The position numbers and the translations under genes are program-made. This document shows positions 1 through 8,918 of a DNA stretch of 25,799 bases, in pieces. The DNA is taken from the IMG/VR virus record IMGVR_UViG_3300024219_000016, positions 1-25,799 of that record. One strand, given 5' to 3'. Origin of the DNA: a virus (Duplodnaviria > Caudoviricetes). Numbering within the stretch: the first letter of the stretch is position 1; every line of letters starts with the position of its first letter. The notes under the pieces were generated by a model. It was not told the origin of the DNA. It did not search any database and was given only the letters and a program-made list of their open reading frames with translations.

Positions 1-529
1 TCAATAGGGACGGGTTGTTCTTGAATGTATCCTTGGCGTGCGTGATATTGAGTTGCATCGCGACTGGATCGTAGTCATGCGCCTTCACAATTTCCGCAAG
101 CGTCTGCACGTAACTCGTCGTAGCGTTTTCGGCTTTCAGTTGCGATTCCTGCACATTCGCCGCCGCCGTGTCCGCTTCCTGAAACTGCTTCTGCACCGTA
201 GGGCGTAGATGGCCCGGTAGGGCATTAAGAATCGAGTCTCGTCCACCCGGCATCGTAAAGGCTTTGTCCAATGCCTGAAGATCGCGCTGCCGCTGCTGTT
301 CTTCGATGCGTCGTGGATCTCCCATCTGCTGCGCGACTTGACCAACACTTTGCCCGATGTTCTGTGCCGCTCCGCTCCATGCTTGTCCTCGAGCGAGTGC
401 CGCATTCGCTTGAGCCTGTCCAATCGTCTGCGCGGCTTGCGCCTGCGCCTGTGCTGGGGCCAGCATCAATTGCGAGATGCTTTGCACGTAGGGATTGTGA
501 TACGTCTCAAACTGAAACGGGCCGGCCAT
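1..529 (-). CDS. Putative DNA ejection / internal virion protein (3'-partial, runs off window)
   Basis: Not in the ORF track. ATG at 529 with GGAGG 7 nt upstream; frame open to position 1 (MAGPFQFETYHNPYVQSISQLMLAPAQAQAQAAQ...). Ala/Gln-rich; sits after other ejection-type genes. Confidence 0.65.
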   Translation of the reverse strand, partial: MAGPFQFETYHNPYVQSISQLMLAPAQAQAQAAQTIGQAQANAALARGQAWSGAAQNIGQSVGQVAQQMGDPRRIEEQQRQRDLQALDKAFTMPGGRDSILNALPGHLRPTVQKQFQEADTAAANVQESQLKAENATTSYVQTLAEIVKAHDYDPVAMQLNITHAKDTFKNNPSLL

Positions 530-532
530 TCC

Positions 533-1552
533 CTAACCTCCGAGCACTTTATAGAACTTATCAAAGGCATTGTTTTGATTGTCGGTATACATTTTGTAAT
601 CTTCTAGCCATTTATTGTAGGCATTCTGATAATCCGTATTATTCTGAGATTGAATCAGAGGAGCCTTGACAGACCATGCCGTGAGTTTAGGCGCGAACTC
701 GCCTTGGGCATTCTGATAGGCATTCTGATATGGATCCATATATTGGGTCTTATAGTTCGTCATGTAATCGGCCAGATCTCGATTATAGACATTCGTATAT
801 TGTGTTGTTCCAGCCGCTTGACCATAATCGATCAGGGCTTTACCCGTCTCTCCTGAGTTGAGTTTGCCTCCAGCCGCACGGCTATTCAACAAGGACTGCA
901 ATCCCTGCCCAAGCGTGAACTGATAGCCCGGATCCTTCGCAGCTTCCTCTGGACTTGGAGCCGAAAACGGATTGGGCGTCTTGAAATCTGGCGCTTTGAA
1001 TACCGGAGCATCTGGAATATCTTTCCGTTCCGGTGCGTTGAACTGCTCAGTGAATGGCTTTGTGAAGTCTCCGATGTTCATCCCAAAATAGGGATTTCCA
1101 GATGCTGTAGGCGATGCAGTAGTCGGAGCAGGTGCAGGAGCAGACGTTCCACCACCAACTGTCCCAGGATCAGGAGTAGGTGTTGCTGTGGAAGATGGAG
1201 GCGCATTCCATGCCTGTGTCTGAGGATTCCAAGTCGGCGCAGGTGCTCCGGCAGATGTCGGTGGAGGGTTCAGCGCCGTGCCACTCGGTCCATAGATCCC
1301 GTTCAAATAGCTCAGGACATCAGGATCGGTCGCATGGGCCGGATCCGTGAGCCGTGGGTCATTCGGATCTGTGACTGGTCCGGTGGGATTCCATGCCTGT
1401 GTTGGCGCATTCCATGTGCTGGTCGGCGTCGGAGGTGTCATGGCCGTTCCACCAGCACCGTAAATTCCGTTCAGATAGGCAAGAACATCCGGGTCACTGG
1501 CATAGGCCGGATCTGTCAGTCTGGGGTCATTCGGATCGGTAATCGCGGCCAC
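533..1552 (-). CDS. DNA ejection/transfer protein (P22 gp7-like C-terminal motif) with duplicated Pro/Thr-rich N-terminus
   Basis: GTG start with GGAGG. C-half has PGYQFTLGQGLQSLLNSRAAGGKLNSGETGKALIDYGQ, a motif typical of P22-like DNA transfer proteins. Confidence 0.7.
   Translation of the reverse strand: MAAITDPNDPRLTDPAYASDPDVLAYLNGIYGAGGTAMTPPTPTSTWNAPTQAWNPTGPVTDPNDPRLTDPAHATDPDVLSYLNGIYGPSGTALNPPPTSAGAPAPTWNPQTQAWNAPPSSTATPTPDPGTVGGGTSAPAPAPTTASPTASGNPYFGMNIGDFTKPFTEQFNAPERKDIPDAPVFKAPDFKTPNPFSAPSPEEAAKDPGYQFTLGQGLQSLLNSRAAGGKLNSGETGKALIDYGQAAGTTQYTNVYNRDLADYMTNYKTQYMDPYQNAYQNAQGEFAPKLTAWSVKAPLIQSQNNTDYQNAYNKWLEDYKMYTDNQNNAFDKFYKVLGG
1289..1543 (-). repeat. Intragenic duplication, 168-nt (56-aa) period
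   Basis: ITDPNDPRLTDPAYASDPDVLAYLNGIYG versus VTDPNDPRLTDPAHATDPDVLSYLNGIYG; gggtcattcggatc at 1356 and 1524. Confidence 0.9.
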
Positions 1553-1555
1553 GGT

Positions 1556-2239
1556 CTATCCTCCCACGGTCGGCTTCACGCCGGCCTTCGCAATCTCTGC
1601 GGCGATGCGTCCATTCGGTCCCAACCAATATGATAGGGGGCGCTCTCCAGCATCCAACGATGCCTGTGCTTGCTTCGCCATGTAGTCAATGTCTGTCGGC
1701 CCTGTCCCTGGTCCTGTTGGTGCATATCCCAAGCTCTTATAGTTCGCCTTCAGCGCATCCATGATGCTCTGCGAAGGAGGTCCGCTCGAGGCTGTTCCTC
1801 CGCTCGAGAAAGGATCGGCGCTGAAGACTGGAGGAGCCGCGATATGTGCGGCTGGAAGTTGACGTGCTGGCAATCCGAGAAGTTGTCCGAGATACCCCAT
1901 GTTGTTCTGATGGAGTGCCCATCGGTCATAGTCAGTCTGCGTTCCAGCGGCATACTGGCCATAGTTCTCGTTGGCATTCGATTGATATTGTCCGTAGTTT
2001 GCGCTTTGCGTCTTCTGGAAGTTGGCCTGATCGATTGCCGCTTGCTGCTTCTGAAAGTCCAATGCTCGTTGAGCGGCTTGTGATTGCAGATTCGCAGCAT
2101 AGTTCGCTGCCTGCGTCTGAGCATTGACGGCTGTATCGGCAGCTCCTGACTGCTTATTGGCGGCATAAATGCCAGCCCCAGCACCAGCAGTTGCACCGAC
2201 AGCACCCCAAAACAGTGGCATCGCAAGAACCGCAGGCAT
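1556..2239 (-). CDS. DNA ejection protein (gp7-like N-terminal part)
   Basis: Gly/Ala hydrophobic N-terminus (FWGAVGATAGAGAGIYAA) followed by an Ala/Gln coil; follows the GNAT-like gene as in P22-like phages. Confidence 0.65.
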   Translation of the reverse strand: MPAVLAMPLFWGAVGATAGAGAGIYAANKQSGAADTAVNAQTQAANYAANLQSQAAQRALDFQKQQAAIDQANFQKTQSANYGQYQSNANENYGQYAAGTQTDYDRWALHQNNMGYLGQLLGLPARQLPAAHIAAPPVFSADPFSSGGTASSGPPSQSIMDALKANYKSLGYAPTGPGTGPTDIDYMAKQAQASLDAGERPLSYWLGPNGRIAAEIAKAGVKPTVGG

Positions 2240-2241
2240 TG

Positions 2242-2610
2242 CTACCGACCTCCCATTGGCAAGACAAACTGATCTGGTAATGCTTTGGCCCCAGCATGAT
2301 CCAATAGTGCCTTGACTTCATCGGATACGGCACCCGTCAACACGCTTGACGCTCCTCGAGCTGCCACGGTTTCGCTCATGCCATGCAAGAGCCGACGTGC
2401 GACAGATCCTCTCTTACGCGCTTCAGGAGCAATCCATAGCCCTTCGACATGCAGCATTGAGACGAGCATCCAATGAGCGACGATCGTTCCGCCGTCATCT
2501 TCAACGACTACCACGTCAACGTGAGCCGGATCGATCATCGACAGCGGTACCTCTAAATCCATCCCGTTCATACGATGCCATTCTGACGCAGGAAGAATCC
2601 TCGTGGTCAT
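2242..2610 (-). CDS. GNAT-fold acetyltransferase-like protein (P22 gp14 position)
   Basis: HVEGLWIAPEARKRGSVARRLL resembles GNAT motif A; synteny between needle and ejection genes. Confidence 0.7.
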   Translation of the reverse strand: MTTRILPASEWHRMNGMDLEVPLSMIDPAHVDVVVVEDDGGTIVAHWMLVSMLHVEGLWIAPEARKRGSVARRLLHGMSETVAARGASSVLTGAVSDEVKALLDHAGAKALPDQFVLPMGGR

Positions 2611-2612
2611 CT

Positions 2613-3089
2613 CTAGGTGCTCTGCACAATCACGGTCAATCGATATTGCATGGCGTTAGCCGCGTTGCTCGCATAGGTCGTCGAATAGGTGATCGGCGTG
2701 TTTCCATCAGCGATGATCATCTGGCTTCCACTCTGCACTGTGGTAATGGTATTGCCTGTCATCACAGCGCCTGAAAATGACAGCGGAATCGCGCTCTCCG
2801 TCCATCCTAAATTCACCGTCAACGAACTCGAGACGCCGGCTGGTGTGGTAATCCTCGCGTAGTAACTGATGATGTATTGCCCAGCTGAGATGGCCGGCAA
2901 GGGAATGTTCGTCGTCCCAATCGACGCATTCTGCGCTACCAGTCCCACTCGAGCCGAGAACACGGTCGGCGTGCTGCTCAGCACGTTGAACACGCTGGCC
3001 TGAAACCAGCGCATCCACGCACTGCCCATCACTTCGCTTCGCCCTTCGGCTATTGGCGCAATGTAGGGAGGCGGATCGATCGTCGCCAT
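2613..3089 (-). CDS. Tail needle/plug-like protein with C-terminal beta knob
   Basis: N-terminal PPP...AWMRWFQ motif, beta-rich C-terminus; TAATG-coupled directly after the gp10-like gene. Confidence 0.5.
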   Translation of the reverse strand: MATIDPPPYIAPIAEGRSEVMGSAWMRWFQASVFNVLSSTPTVFSARVGLVAQNASIGTTNIPLPAISAGQYIISYYARITTPAGVSSSLTVNLGWTESAIPLSFSGAVMTGNTITTVQSGSQMIIADGNTPITYSTTYASNAANAMQYRLTVIVQST

Positions 3090-4549
3090 TAGAGCCCATC
3101 ATTGTTGATAAACGCATCGATGATGCGCCACGGAATCGGATCCGTGACCACCATCTTATTGACGCGATCTCGTGGGACGCCCATGCGCCACATACGCAAT
3201 CTGCGCTTGAATTGCCCGATCTTGCCAGCATAGACGGATCGTTCATTCCCCCATGTATTGCCGCCGTCATCACTCGTAGAGAATAGCACTTGTGGGTCAG
3301 ATCCTTGGCCGGTATTGAGTCCCAGCCCTGACTGCAGAAAAATCTCCATATTCCGGATCGGAATCTGCTGCTTCTGATCGAAGATGCCTGGAGCAATCCG
3401 AGTGCGACGGATGGCCGATCCGTCCGCTTCGGTCCCTGTCACAACGCTCATGTCGCAGATGTTGTTCGTCGTGAAATCCCCTGTGAGATGCTTCCCGAAG
3501 GCATAGGTATGCACTCTGGCTCTCCACAGCTCGTCTTTCATCGTGTTGGGATTCCAGTAGCTCCGTTTCGCCCACTTGTTCTCTTCAATGTCATAGACCC
3601 ATGTCTGAGGCACTGAGGGGAAGTGCAGCACGTAGAAAGTGTGCCCTTCTTCCTGATAGATCATCGCTTCCGCATCGGTGATGAGGAAATCGCGCTCATA
3701 CGAGGCGATGGCCGTTTCCACAGCGGCATCACTGATCGGTGTCGGAGAATAGCCACGTGTTCGAACGACGATACCTCCTCCATCGTCATTACGACTGAGC
3801 CAGAATAGCGATGCCCCAGAGGCTTTCAGTGTGAATGATGCCACAATCCCAAACTTGTAACTGATGCCGGTGCGAGGGGCGAGCGGCATGGGGAATGTTC
3901 CGGCGTCATACCACACATCCCCAGTCTTGCTGCCGATGAACCAGATGTCTGGTGGAACCACCGCCATCGCCACCCAGTTATCAGGCGCACTGGAGCGCGA
4001 GACGAACTGAGTCGGATCCCAGACGGTTCCATCATTGAGCGCCGAGATGCGGAATGTGCTCGTCAATGGATCTAAGGCAATGAAATAGCCGTCGAGCATA
4101 CCGACCATCACGCAATCACCCGTCAGTTCCTGCGTGACGGCATTCGTGGCTAAATCGTGCAGATAGCCATTGGTCCCGCTCGAGATCATGGCTTGATTTG
4201 CATTCGATCCGTTCGTCACGATCTGCGCTTGATTGGCATCATAGCTAACCGGCGTTCTTAATGTGAAGGTGTTGCTCAGGACGCCAGCCGTAGGCACGAT
4301 GGATAGTTCGCCGTAGTAATTGCCGATGACTGCGAAGGTGCGATCGTTCTCAGTGAAGAGCGCTCGTCCACCTTGAGCAATGGTCGGTGTAATGGTTGTC
4401 CACACGGTGAACCCAGGTGTCGGATAGAGTGCAGCGGTATTCTTCGCATGCTGAGGCTGCGATTCGTAATACCAGTTGATCGTCTCTTCAGGGTTGGCTG
4501 ATAGACTCTGCGTCTTATCACTCACCCCAATGAAGCCCGGATACTTCAT
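3089..4549 (-). CDS. Tail hub / packaged DNA stabilization protein (P22 gp10-like)
   Basis: 486 aa from MKYPGFIG (ATGA overlap with upstream stop). Motifs LYPTPG, LDGYFI, YQEEGHTFYVLHFP, SDDGGNTW, WRMG...R...VTDP are typical of gp10. Confidence 0.85.
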   Translation of the reverse strand: MKYPGFIGVSDKTQSLSANPEETINWYYESQPQHAKNTAALYPTPGFTVWTTITPTIAQGGRALFTENDRTFAVIGNYYGELSIVPTAGVLSNTFTLRTPVSYDANQAQIVTNGSNANQAMISSGTNGYLHDLATNAVTQELTGDCVMVGMLDGYFIALDPLTSTFRISALNDGTVWDPTQFVSRSSAPDNWVAMAVVPPDIWFIGSKTGDVWYDAGTFPMPLAPRTGISYKFGIVASFTLKASGASLFWLSRNDDGGGIVVRTRGYSPTPISDAAVETAIASYERDFLITDAEAMIYQEEGHTFYVLHFPSVPQTWVYDIEENKWAKRSYWNPNTMKDELWRARVHTYAFGKHLTGDFTTNNICDMSVVTGTEADGSAIRRTRIAPGIFDQKQQIPIRNMEIFLQSGLGLNTGQGSDPQVLFSTSDDGGNTWGNERSVYAGKIGQFKRRLRMWRMGVPRDRVNKMVVTDPIPWRIIDAFINNDGL

Positions 4550-5595
4550 GGCCCTGTATAGATGGACCATGCCGAGCGGCCCCACAATAGAATGGGATCG
4601 GTCTGCAAGTCCATTAACCGATTGTTGATGCGCTTCAGGTTTGCCTTCGCTTCCGACGCCGACTGCATGAGCCCGGTATCCATCTGCTGCCCTTCCCTGA
4701 ACTCAGGGAATAGCTCGATGGCCAGATTGTCACGCATGAACCGATTGTAGCCAGGCGGAAGTGCGATCGTATCGTTCACAGTGTTGAATCGATTCACCTG
4801 TTGCGGATAGTAGAGTGCTCCCTGTAGTCCTGTGCCTGTCGCAGTCGGCCAGAGTTTAAGTGACCCGAGTGCGCCGGTGAATGTCGGGTTGTAATAGGCG
4901 TAGAACGGATACGTCGATGTCAGCGACTTGAGCGGCAGTGAGGCTTCGGCATCTTCAGTCAGCAATGTCAGTTGCAGCTCAAACGGCACTGAAAGATTGG
5001 CATTGATCCAGTTCACTTGATTGATGAATTGTGGGCGCACGATGTTCACATCGCCACCGAGTCCGACCGTATAGACAGCCTGGCTTGGGACGAGATTCCA
5101 CGTCGTGCGTGTCACCGTATACATCGTCAGACGTTCATTACCACAGACGCTATCCACCCAATCATTGAAGCGTTCGAAGGCATCGCTCAGCGAATCGCCA
5201 CTGGGATCTTCGTTTTCCTGAATGACGTTGATTCGACGCATCGCGGCCTTGATCAGGTTCCTGACCGTAATCGATGTGCCTCCAGTCGTAGACGCCAAGG
5301 CAGCGGCCTGCTGTGGCGTGAGCGTGCCAATCTGCTTTTCAACGGTGAAGGCACCAGAGCCGACAAACTGAAACGTGAGCAGTTCGCCATCTGTCTCTGA
5401 GGCTGATGGGTTGTAGCTATAGCCTCCGCGACCATCTGAACTGCAGACGCCACCGTTGACCGTTCCAAGTGTTAGCGTGCCGCCATCTTGCTTGACATAG
5501 ACCGTGACGCTACCGGCATAGTCAGCGCCAGTCGAAATCGTGGTGAGCTGCGCCGTGACTCCAGTCCATGCCGTTGCGCGAATAGGAAAAGCCAT
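4546..5595 (-). CDS. Head-tail adaptor (P22 gp4-like) with extra N-terminal beta domain
   Basis: From about aa 110: TVRNLIKAAMRRINVIQENEDPS...FNDWVDS...LPPGYNRFMRDNLAIELFPEF, a gp4-like pattern. The first ~100 aa are beta-rich. Confidence 0.75.
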   Translation of the reverse strand: MAFPIRATAWTGVTAQLTTISTGADYAGSVTVYVKQDGGTLTLGTVNGGVCSSDGRGGYSYNPSASETDGELLTFQFVGSGAFTVEKQIGTLTPQQAAALASTTGGTSITVRNLIKAAMRRINVIQENEDPSGDSLSDAFERFNDWVDSVCGNERLTMYTVTRTTWNLVPSQAVYTVGLGGDVNIVRPQFINQVNWINANLSVPFELQLTLLTEDAEASLPLKSLTSTYPFYAYYNPTFTGALGSLKLWPTATGTGLQGALYYPQQVNRFNTVNDTIALPPGYNRFMRDNLAIELFPEFREGQQMDTGLMQSASEAKANLKRINNRLMDLQTDPILLWGRSAWSIYTGP

Positions 5596-6629
5596 TATTT
5601 AATCCACGGCTGAGGATTGAACGGCACCATCGCGTTCGTCTCCGTATGGAAGGCAATCGGTGGAGGCGTAATCGTGTCAGTCGGCATCAAGCGAGCGCCT
5701 TCTTTTAGCTTAAATGTGAATCCCTTCTCGGGCTGCGATCCTCTCAGCATGTCAAGCGTGATCGGCGCATTGACCTGTGTAGTCTGTGCGAGCGGAAGCG
5801 GAATCTTCGCCCCAAGTCTGATACGTGGAGAATCTGGACGATTTCCGGCGAACATATCCGGCGTCATCTGGACTGGGAATGTCGTCTGTGAATCGGACCA
5901 GCCAGTTTTTGGATACGAGAACGCACGATTCCGATCAGGATGGTAGCCCTGCGTCATGTCAATCGAGAACTGGACCTGATCGGATGTGAGGAATGTCCCA
6001 CCTTGATTCTTTGGCGCAAAGGCTCTATTACGGTCAGGCTTGTTCCCAACCATCATGTCGATCGTGACTGGTGCGAACACTTGCACGAATGTCGGATTCG
6101 TGGGGAGATCGATCTTTGGACCGAGCACGGCACGATTGCGATCAGGATGCGATCCGACCACCATTTCGATGGAGAAGGCGTCCACTGATGGCAGGATCTG
6201 CTGGCCTTGCACTTGCCGCTTTATGATGCGATGCGTAGATGGCTGATAGCCGATGACCTGTTCGACGCTGAACGGTGTCGTCCCTGACCACGGGAAGAAC
6301 GATGGTCCTCGACGCGGCGGGAAGCGCAGCGGTGAATCTGGATGATAGCCGATCGTCTGTTCAATAGCCGCCGATGTGACATCCGGCTCTCGAGACTGCC
6401 ACCCAAGATGAGTGATCTGCGGAATCTTATAGCCGCGATCAGGCTGATAGCCAGCCGACATCGAAGAGGTGAATGGTGCATCGACAACGTGTGGAATGTG
6501 CAGCGGCAACGGAATGCGTGGTCCAAGCACCTGACGGTTGCGTTCAGGCTGGTAGCCAACGAACATCGATGATGTGATTGGAGCCGCATCATTGATGCCT
6601 GGACCGACTGGACGTGCGTGTTGACTCAT
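5595..6629 (-). CDS. Pro-rich protein with nine ~34-aa repeats, probable virion accessory
   Basis: Recurrent [FI][ST]xx[MQ]xxGxxP[DE] motif; conserved Gly at aa 25, 60, 94, 127, 159, 195, 228, 262, 297. Confidence 0.75.
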   Translation of the reverse strand: MSQHARPVGPGINDAAPITSSMFVGYQPERNRQVLGPRIPLPLHIPHVVDAPFTSSMSAGYQPDRGYKIPQITHLGWQSREPDVTSAAIEQTIGYHPDSPLRFPPRRGPSFFPWSGTTPFSVEQVIGYQPSTHRIIKRQVQGQQILPSVDAFSIEMVVGSHPDRNRAVLGPKIDLPTNPTFVQVFAPVTIDMMVGNKPDRNRAFAPKNQGGTFLTSDQVQFSIDMTQGYHPDRNRAFSYPKTGWSDSQTTFPVQMTPDMFAGNRPDSPRIRLGAKIPLPLAQTTQVNAPITLDMLRGSQPEKGFTFKLKEGARLMPTDTITPPPIAFHTETNAMVPFNPQPWIK

Positions 6630-6630
6630 G

Positions 6631-7860
6631 TCAATACATCACATTCCGAATACGCGGACCTTGCTGAGCGAGACTGGGTTGAATCACATCCACAGTAGCG
6701 ACGGCAGCCGCATTGCCTAGCGCCAGATAGATGGATTCCCTAATCGTCGCATCAGACGTGGTGTAGTTGAAGGTAAAGCCGTCCGCATCAAACGAGGTCA
6801 GATCCGCCTTCACGTCTTGCGTCGGTGTGCCGTTATCGGCGTAGTTAATGTTGATGCTGGCCCGATCGAGCGCCGCCACGGGGAACGATCCCGAGCTGTA
6901 TTGCACGCCGGCCCGATTCGTGGTGCTTGAGGCTGCGCAGGTGGACATGAACTGAATTGAGCCGAGTGCGGCTCCAGCCGTCTGACCCGCTGAAAATGTC
7001 AAGAGCCCAGTTGGCGTGAAGCCGACTCCGGTATACGCTTGCGATCCAGCACCGCCAGACTTCTGAAGGAAATTGCCGACATGATACTGCCCACCTTTAA
7101 GACAGAGCGCATAGATCGTGTGGGTATTCGCGCTCGCCGTCGTCCAATTCAATGTAAAGCCGTCGCTATCCAGCGTGACAAGATCCGCCTCGCAGCGCAC
7201 CGATGACCCACCATCGATGTTCGTATAGACCTTGGTCGTCTTCTCGATGCGTCCGCCTGTCGTCGCATTCGCCGCCTGTGATGCCGTGCCTCTAGCCGTC
7301 AACGATTGACCTAAGCCGAAGGTCGTGGAATTATTTGAGGAGGACGTATCCGCCCCCATCAGCAGAATGGTATCCGGCTTGAATCCGGCTCCAGTGGTCG
7401 CTTGATTCCCAGTTGCTGTTGCCGATGTGAACGATACGATCGAGACATTTGACAGATCCGCACCACCGAGCGCCAGAAAGTTCACCACATAGGCTGTCGC
7501 ATTCGCAGTCGTGAAATTGACGGTAAAACCATCCGCGTCCTGTGACACAAAATCGGCGGCAAAGACGACCGTTGGAGTAGCACCAGAGATACGCTTGAGG
7601 CACTTCGTTGCATCCGATCCTGTCGGATTCCCAGTCACCCCGTCATCGGCTTCACCAACCGTAACTCTAGAGGATGAGGAAATACCCACACCCCAATAGA
7701 TCGCCATCGCGGCCGCTGCGCCCGTGCCCAGCGCGGCATCTGCGGTCTGTCCGTTTCCCCAGAACAATACGACCTTCGGCTGAAAACCCACGCCAGTTGT
7801 GGCTTTGTTGCCGGTCGCATTCGGCACCGTGAACGAGCCTACAAACGTGCTGAAGGCCAT
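6631..7860 (-). CDS. Virion fibre/accessory protein with three tandem TG(V/A)GFxP...DxDGFT domains
   Basis: Three ~125-aa units: TGVGFQP/DADGFTVN, TGAGFKP/DSDGFTLN, TGVGFTP/DADGFTFN. Gly/Ala/Thr/Ser-rich. Confidence 0.75.
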   Translation of the reverse strand: MAFSTFVGSFTVPNATGNKATTGVGFQPKVVLFWGNGQTADAALGTGAAAAMAIYWGVGISSSSRVTVGEADDGVTGNPTGSDATKCLKRISGATPTVVFAADFVSQDADGFTVNFTTANATAYVVNFLALGGADLSNVSIVSFTSATATGNQATTGAGFKPDTILLMGADTSSSNNSTTFGLGQSLTARGTASQAANATTGGRIEKTTKVYTNIDGGSSVRCEADLVTLDSDGFTLNWTTASANTHTIYALCLKGGQYHVGNFLQKSGGAGSQAYTGVGFTPTGLLTFSAGQTAGAALGSIQFMSTCAASSTTNRAGVQYSSGSFPVAALDRASININYADNGTPTQDVKADLTSFDADGFTFNYTTSDATIRESIYLALGNAAAVATVDVIQPSLAQQGPRIRNVMY

Positions 7861-8649
7861 TCAGACTTCCGTCACAGCGAGTGTGGTAAATCCGTAGTCT
7901 GATACTGAGCCACTCGCACTGTTGAACCAATGACCAATGCCAGGGTTTCCAGTCGTGAACTTCGCTCCACCGCCAGTTCCGCCTGTATCATCAAAATCCT
8001 GAAGAATAACTTTCACGCCAGGATTCGGTGAATGCGGTCCATAGATGATCCATGTCGTGATACGTGTTCCGACGATCTGAGCACCGACAGTATCGCCATC
8101 ATACAAACCCGGAAATCCATTCTGCGCGAGATTCCCTGCGATCCCGTTTCCATGCGTGGCATCCATCCCATTGCCAGCCGAGTTGATCGAGTTCGGCACG
8201 GCATCAAAAGCACAGCCGAGCGCACATCCACCCTGCACACCAATTGGCCCATACCAATAGCCGATCTGATGGTATTGGTTCCCGTTATGGAAACAGGCCC
8301 AATTGACTTCATAACCTGCGATGCTGTGAGCTGAAATCGTCGTCCTCAGACGAATTTCGACTTCTTCAAAATCTGAGGTGCCGTTCACCTGATTGAGAGA
8401 TTTGACACAGGCTTCAACTTTGTGATTCGCACTCCATGTCCCGCTAATGACTGCGGTCGCATCGTCATAATGGCTGGTGGTGAAGTTGGCTCCTCCAAAG
8501 GCGAGCCCTGATGTCGTCTGAACATTCACCCAATCGAGGCCCGTTGACCCTCCACTGATCCAGTTGCCACCTTCAGAAATAGGATTCTCCGTCAATGGAA
8601 ACACAGTGTTGTATCGCCTCAGCCGTGTGTCTGCCTCTAAGTGGAACAT
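7861..8649 (-). CDS. Putative lectin-like (concanavalin-type beta-sandwich) protein
   Basis: Aromatic/Gly-rich beta pattern (VEIRLR...GYEV, GDTVGAQIVGTRIT, FTTGNPGIG). Fold is an inference. Confidence 0.5.
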   Translation of the reverse strand: MFHLEADTRLRRYNTVFPLTENPISEGGNWISGGSTGLDWVNVQTTSGLAFGGANFTTSHYDDATAVISGTWSANHKVEACVKSLNQVNGTSDFEEVEIRLRTTISAHSIAGYEVNWACFHNGNQYHQIGYWYGPIGVQGGCALGCAFDAVPNSINSAGNGMDATHGNGIAGNLAQNGFPGLYDGDTVGAQIVGTRITTWIIYGPHSPNPGVKVILQDFDDTGGTGGGAKFTTGNPGIGHWFNSASGSVSDYGFTTLAVTEV

Positions 8650-8918
8650 CAGACTTCTCGACGCTGCAGCGATTCAGGATGGAAGTCCGTGCAGACGGTT
8701 CGGCAGGATGGCTTTTCGCAGACACGCGCATCATGCTTCACACAGCGGACGTTGAAGCCCTTGCGAGAGACAAAGTGGCCTCCGCAGTGTGGACACTGAA
8801 GCGTCGTGGCGACTTCTTTGCCATTGATGATGACGAGTCCATGCGCATGCCGTTCATGCTTCGCATCGGCATAGTCAGAGACATCATCGACAGATCGCGG
8901 GAGCCAAATGTCAGACAT
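8649..8918 (-). CDS. Cys/His-rich putative Zn-binding protein
   Basis: CPHC...CVKH...C...C...C cluster; TGATG overlaps at both ends. Confidence 0.65.
   Translation of the reverse strand: MSDIWLPRSVDDVSDYADAKHERHAHGLVIINGKEVATTLQCPHCGGHFVSRKGFNVRCVKHDARVCEKPSCRTVCTDFHPESLQRREV

Noticed and set aside
540-800. Locally AT-rich stretch as foreign DNA or origin
   Set aside because: Explained by the Tyr/Asn/Gln/Lys-rich C-terminus of the 533..1552 protein.
3089-4585. Longest-ORF starts for several genes (4585, 9337, 9720, 11323, 19218, 21907, 22260, 23922)
   Set aside because: Downstream starts with RBS or stop-start overlaps fit better and avoid long overlaps with upstream genes.
5595-6629. Multi-core RiPP precursor
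   Set aside because: No leader, protease, transporter or typical RiPP maturase nearby; context is the virion operon. Retained only as a minor alternative.
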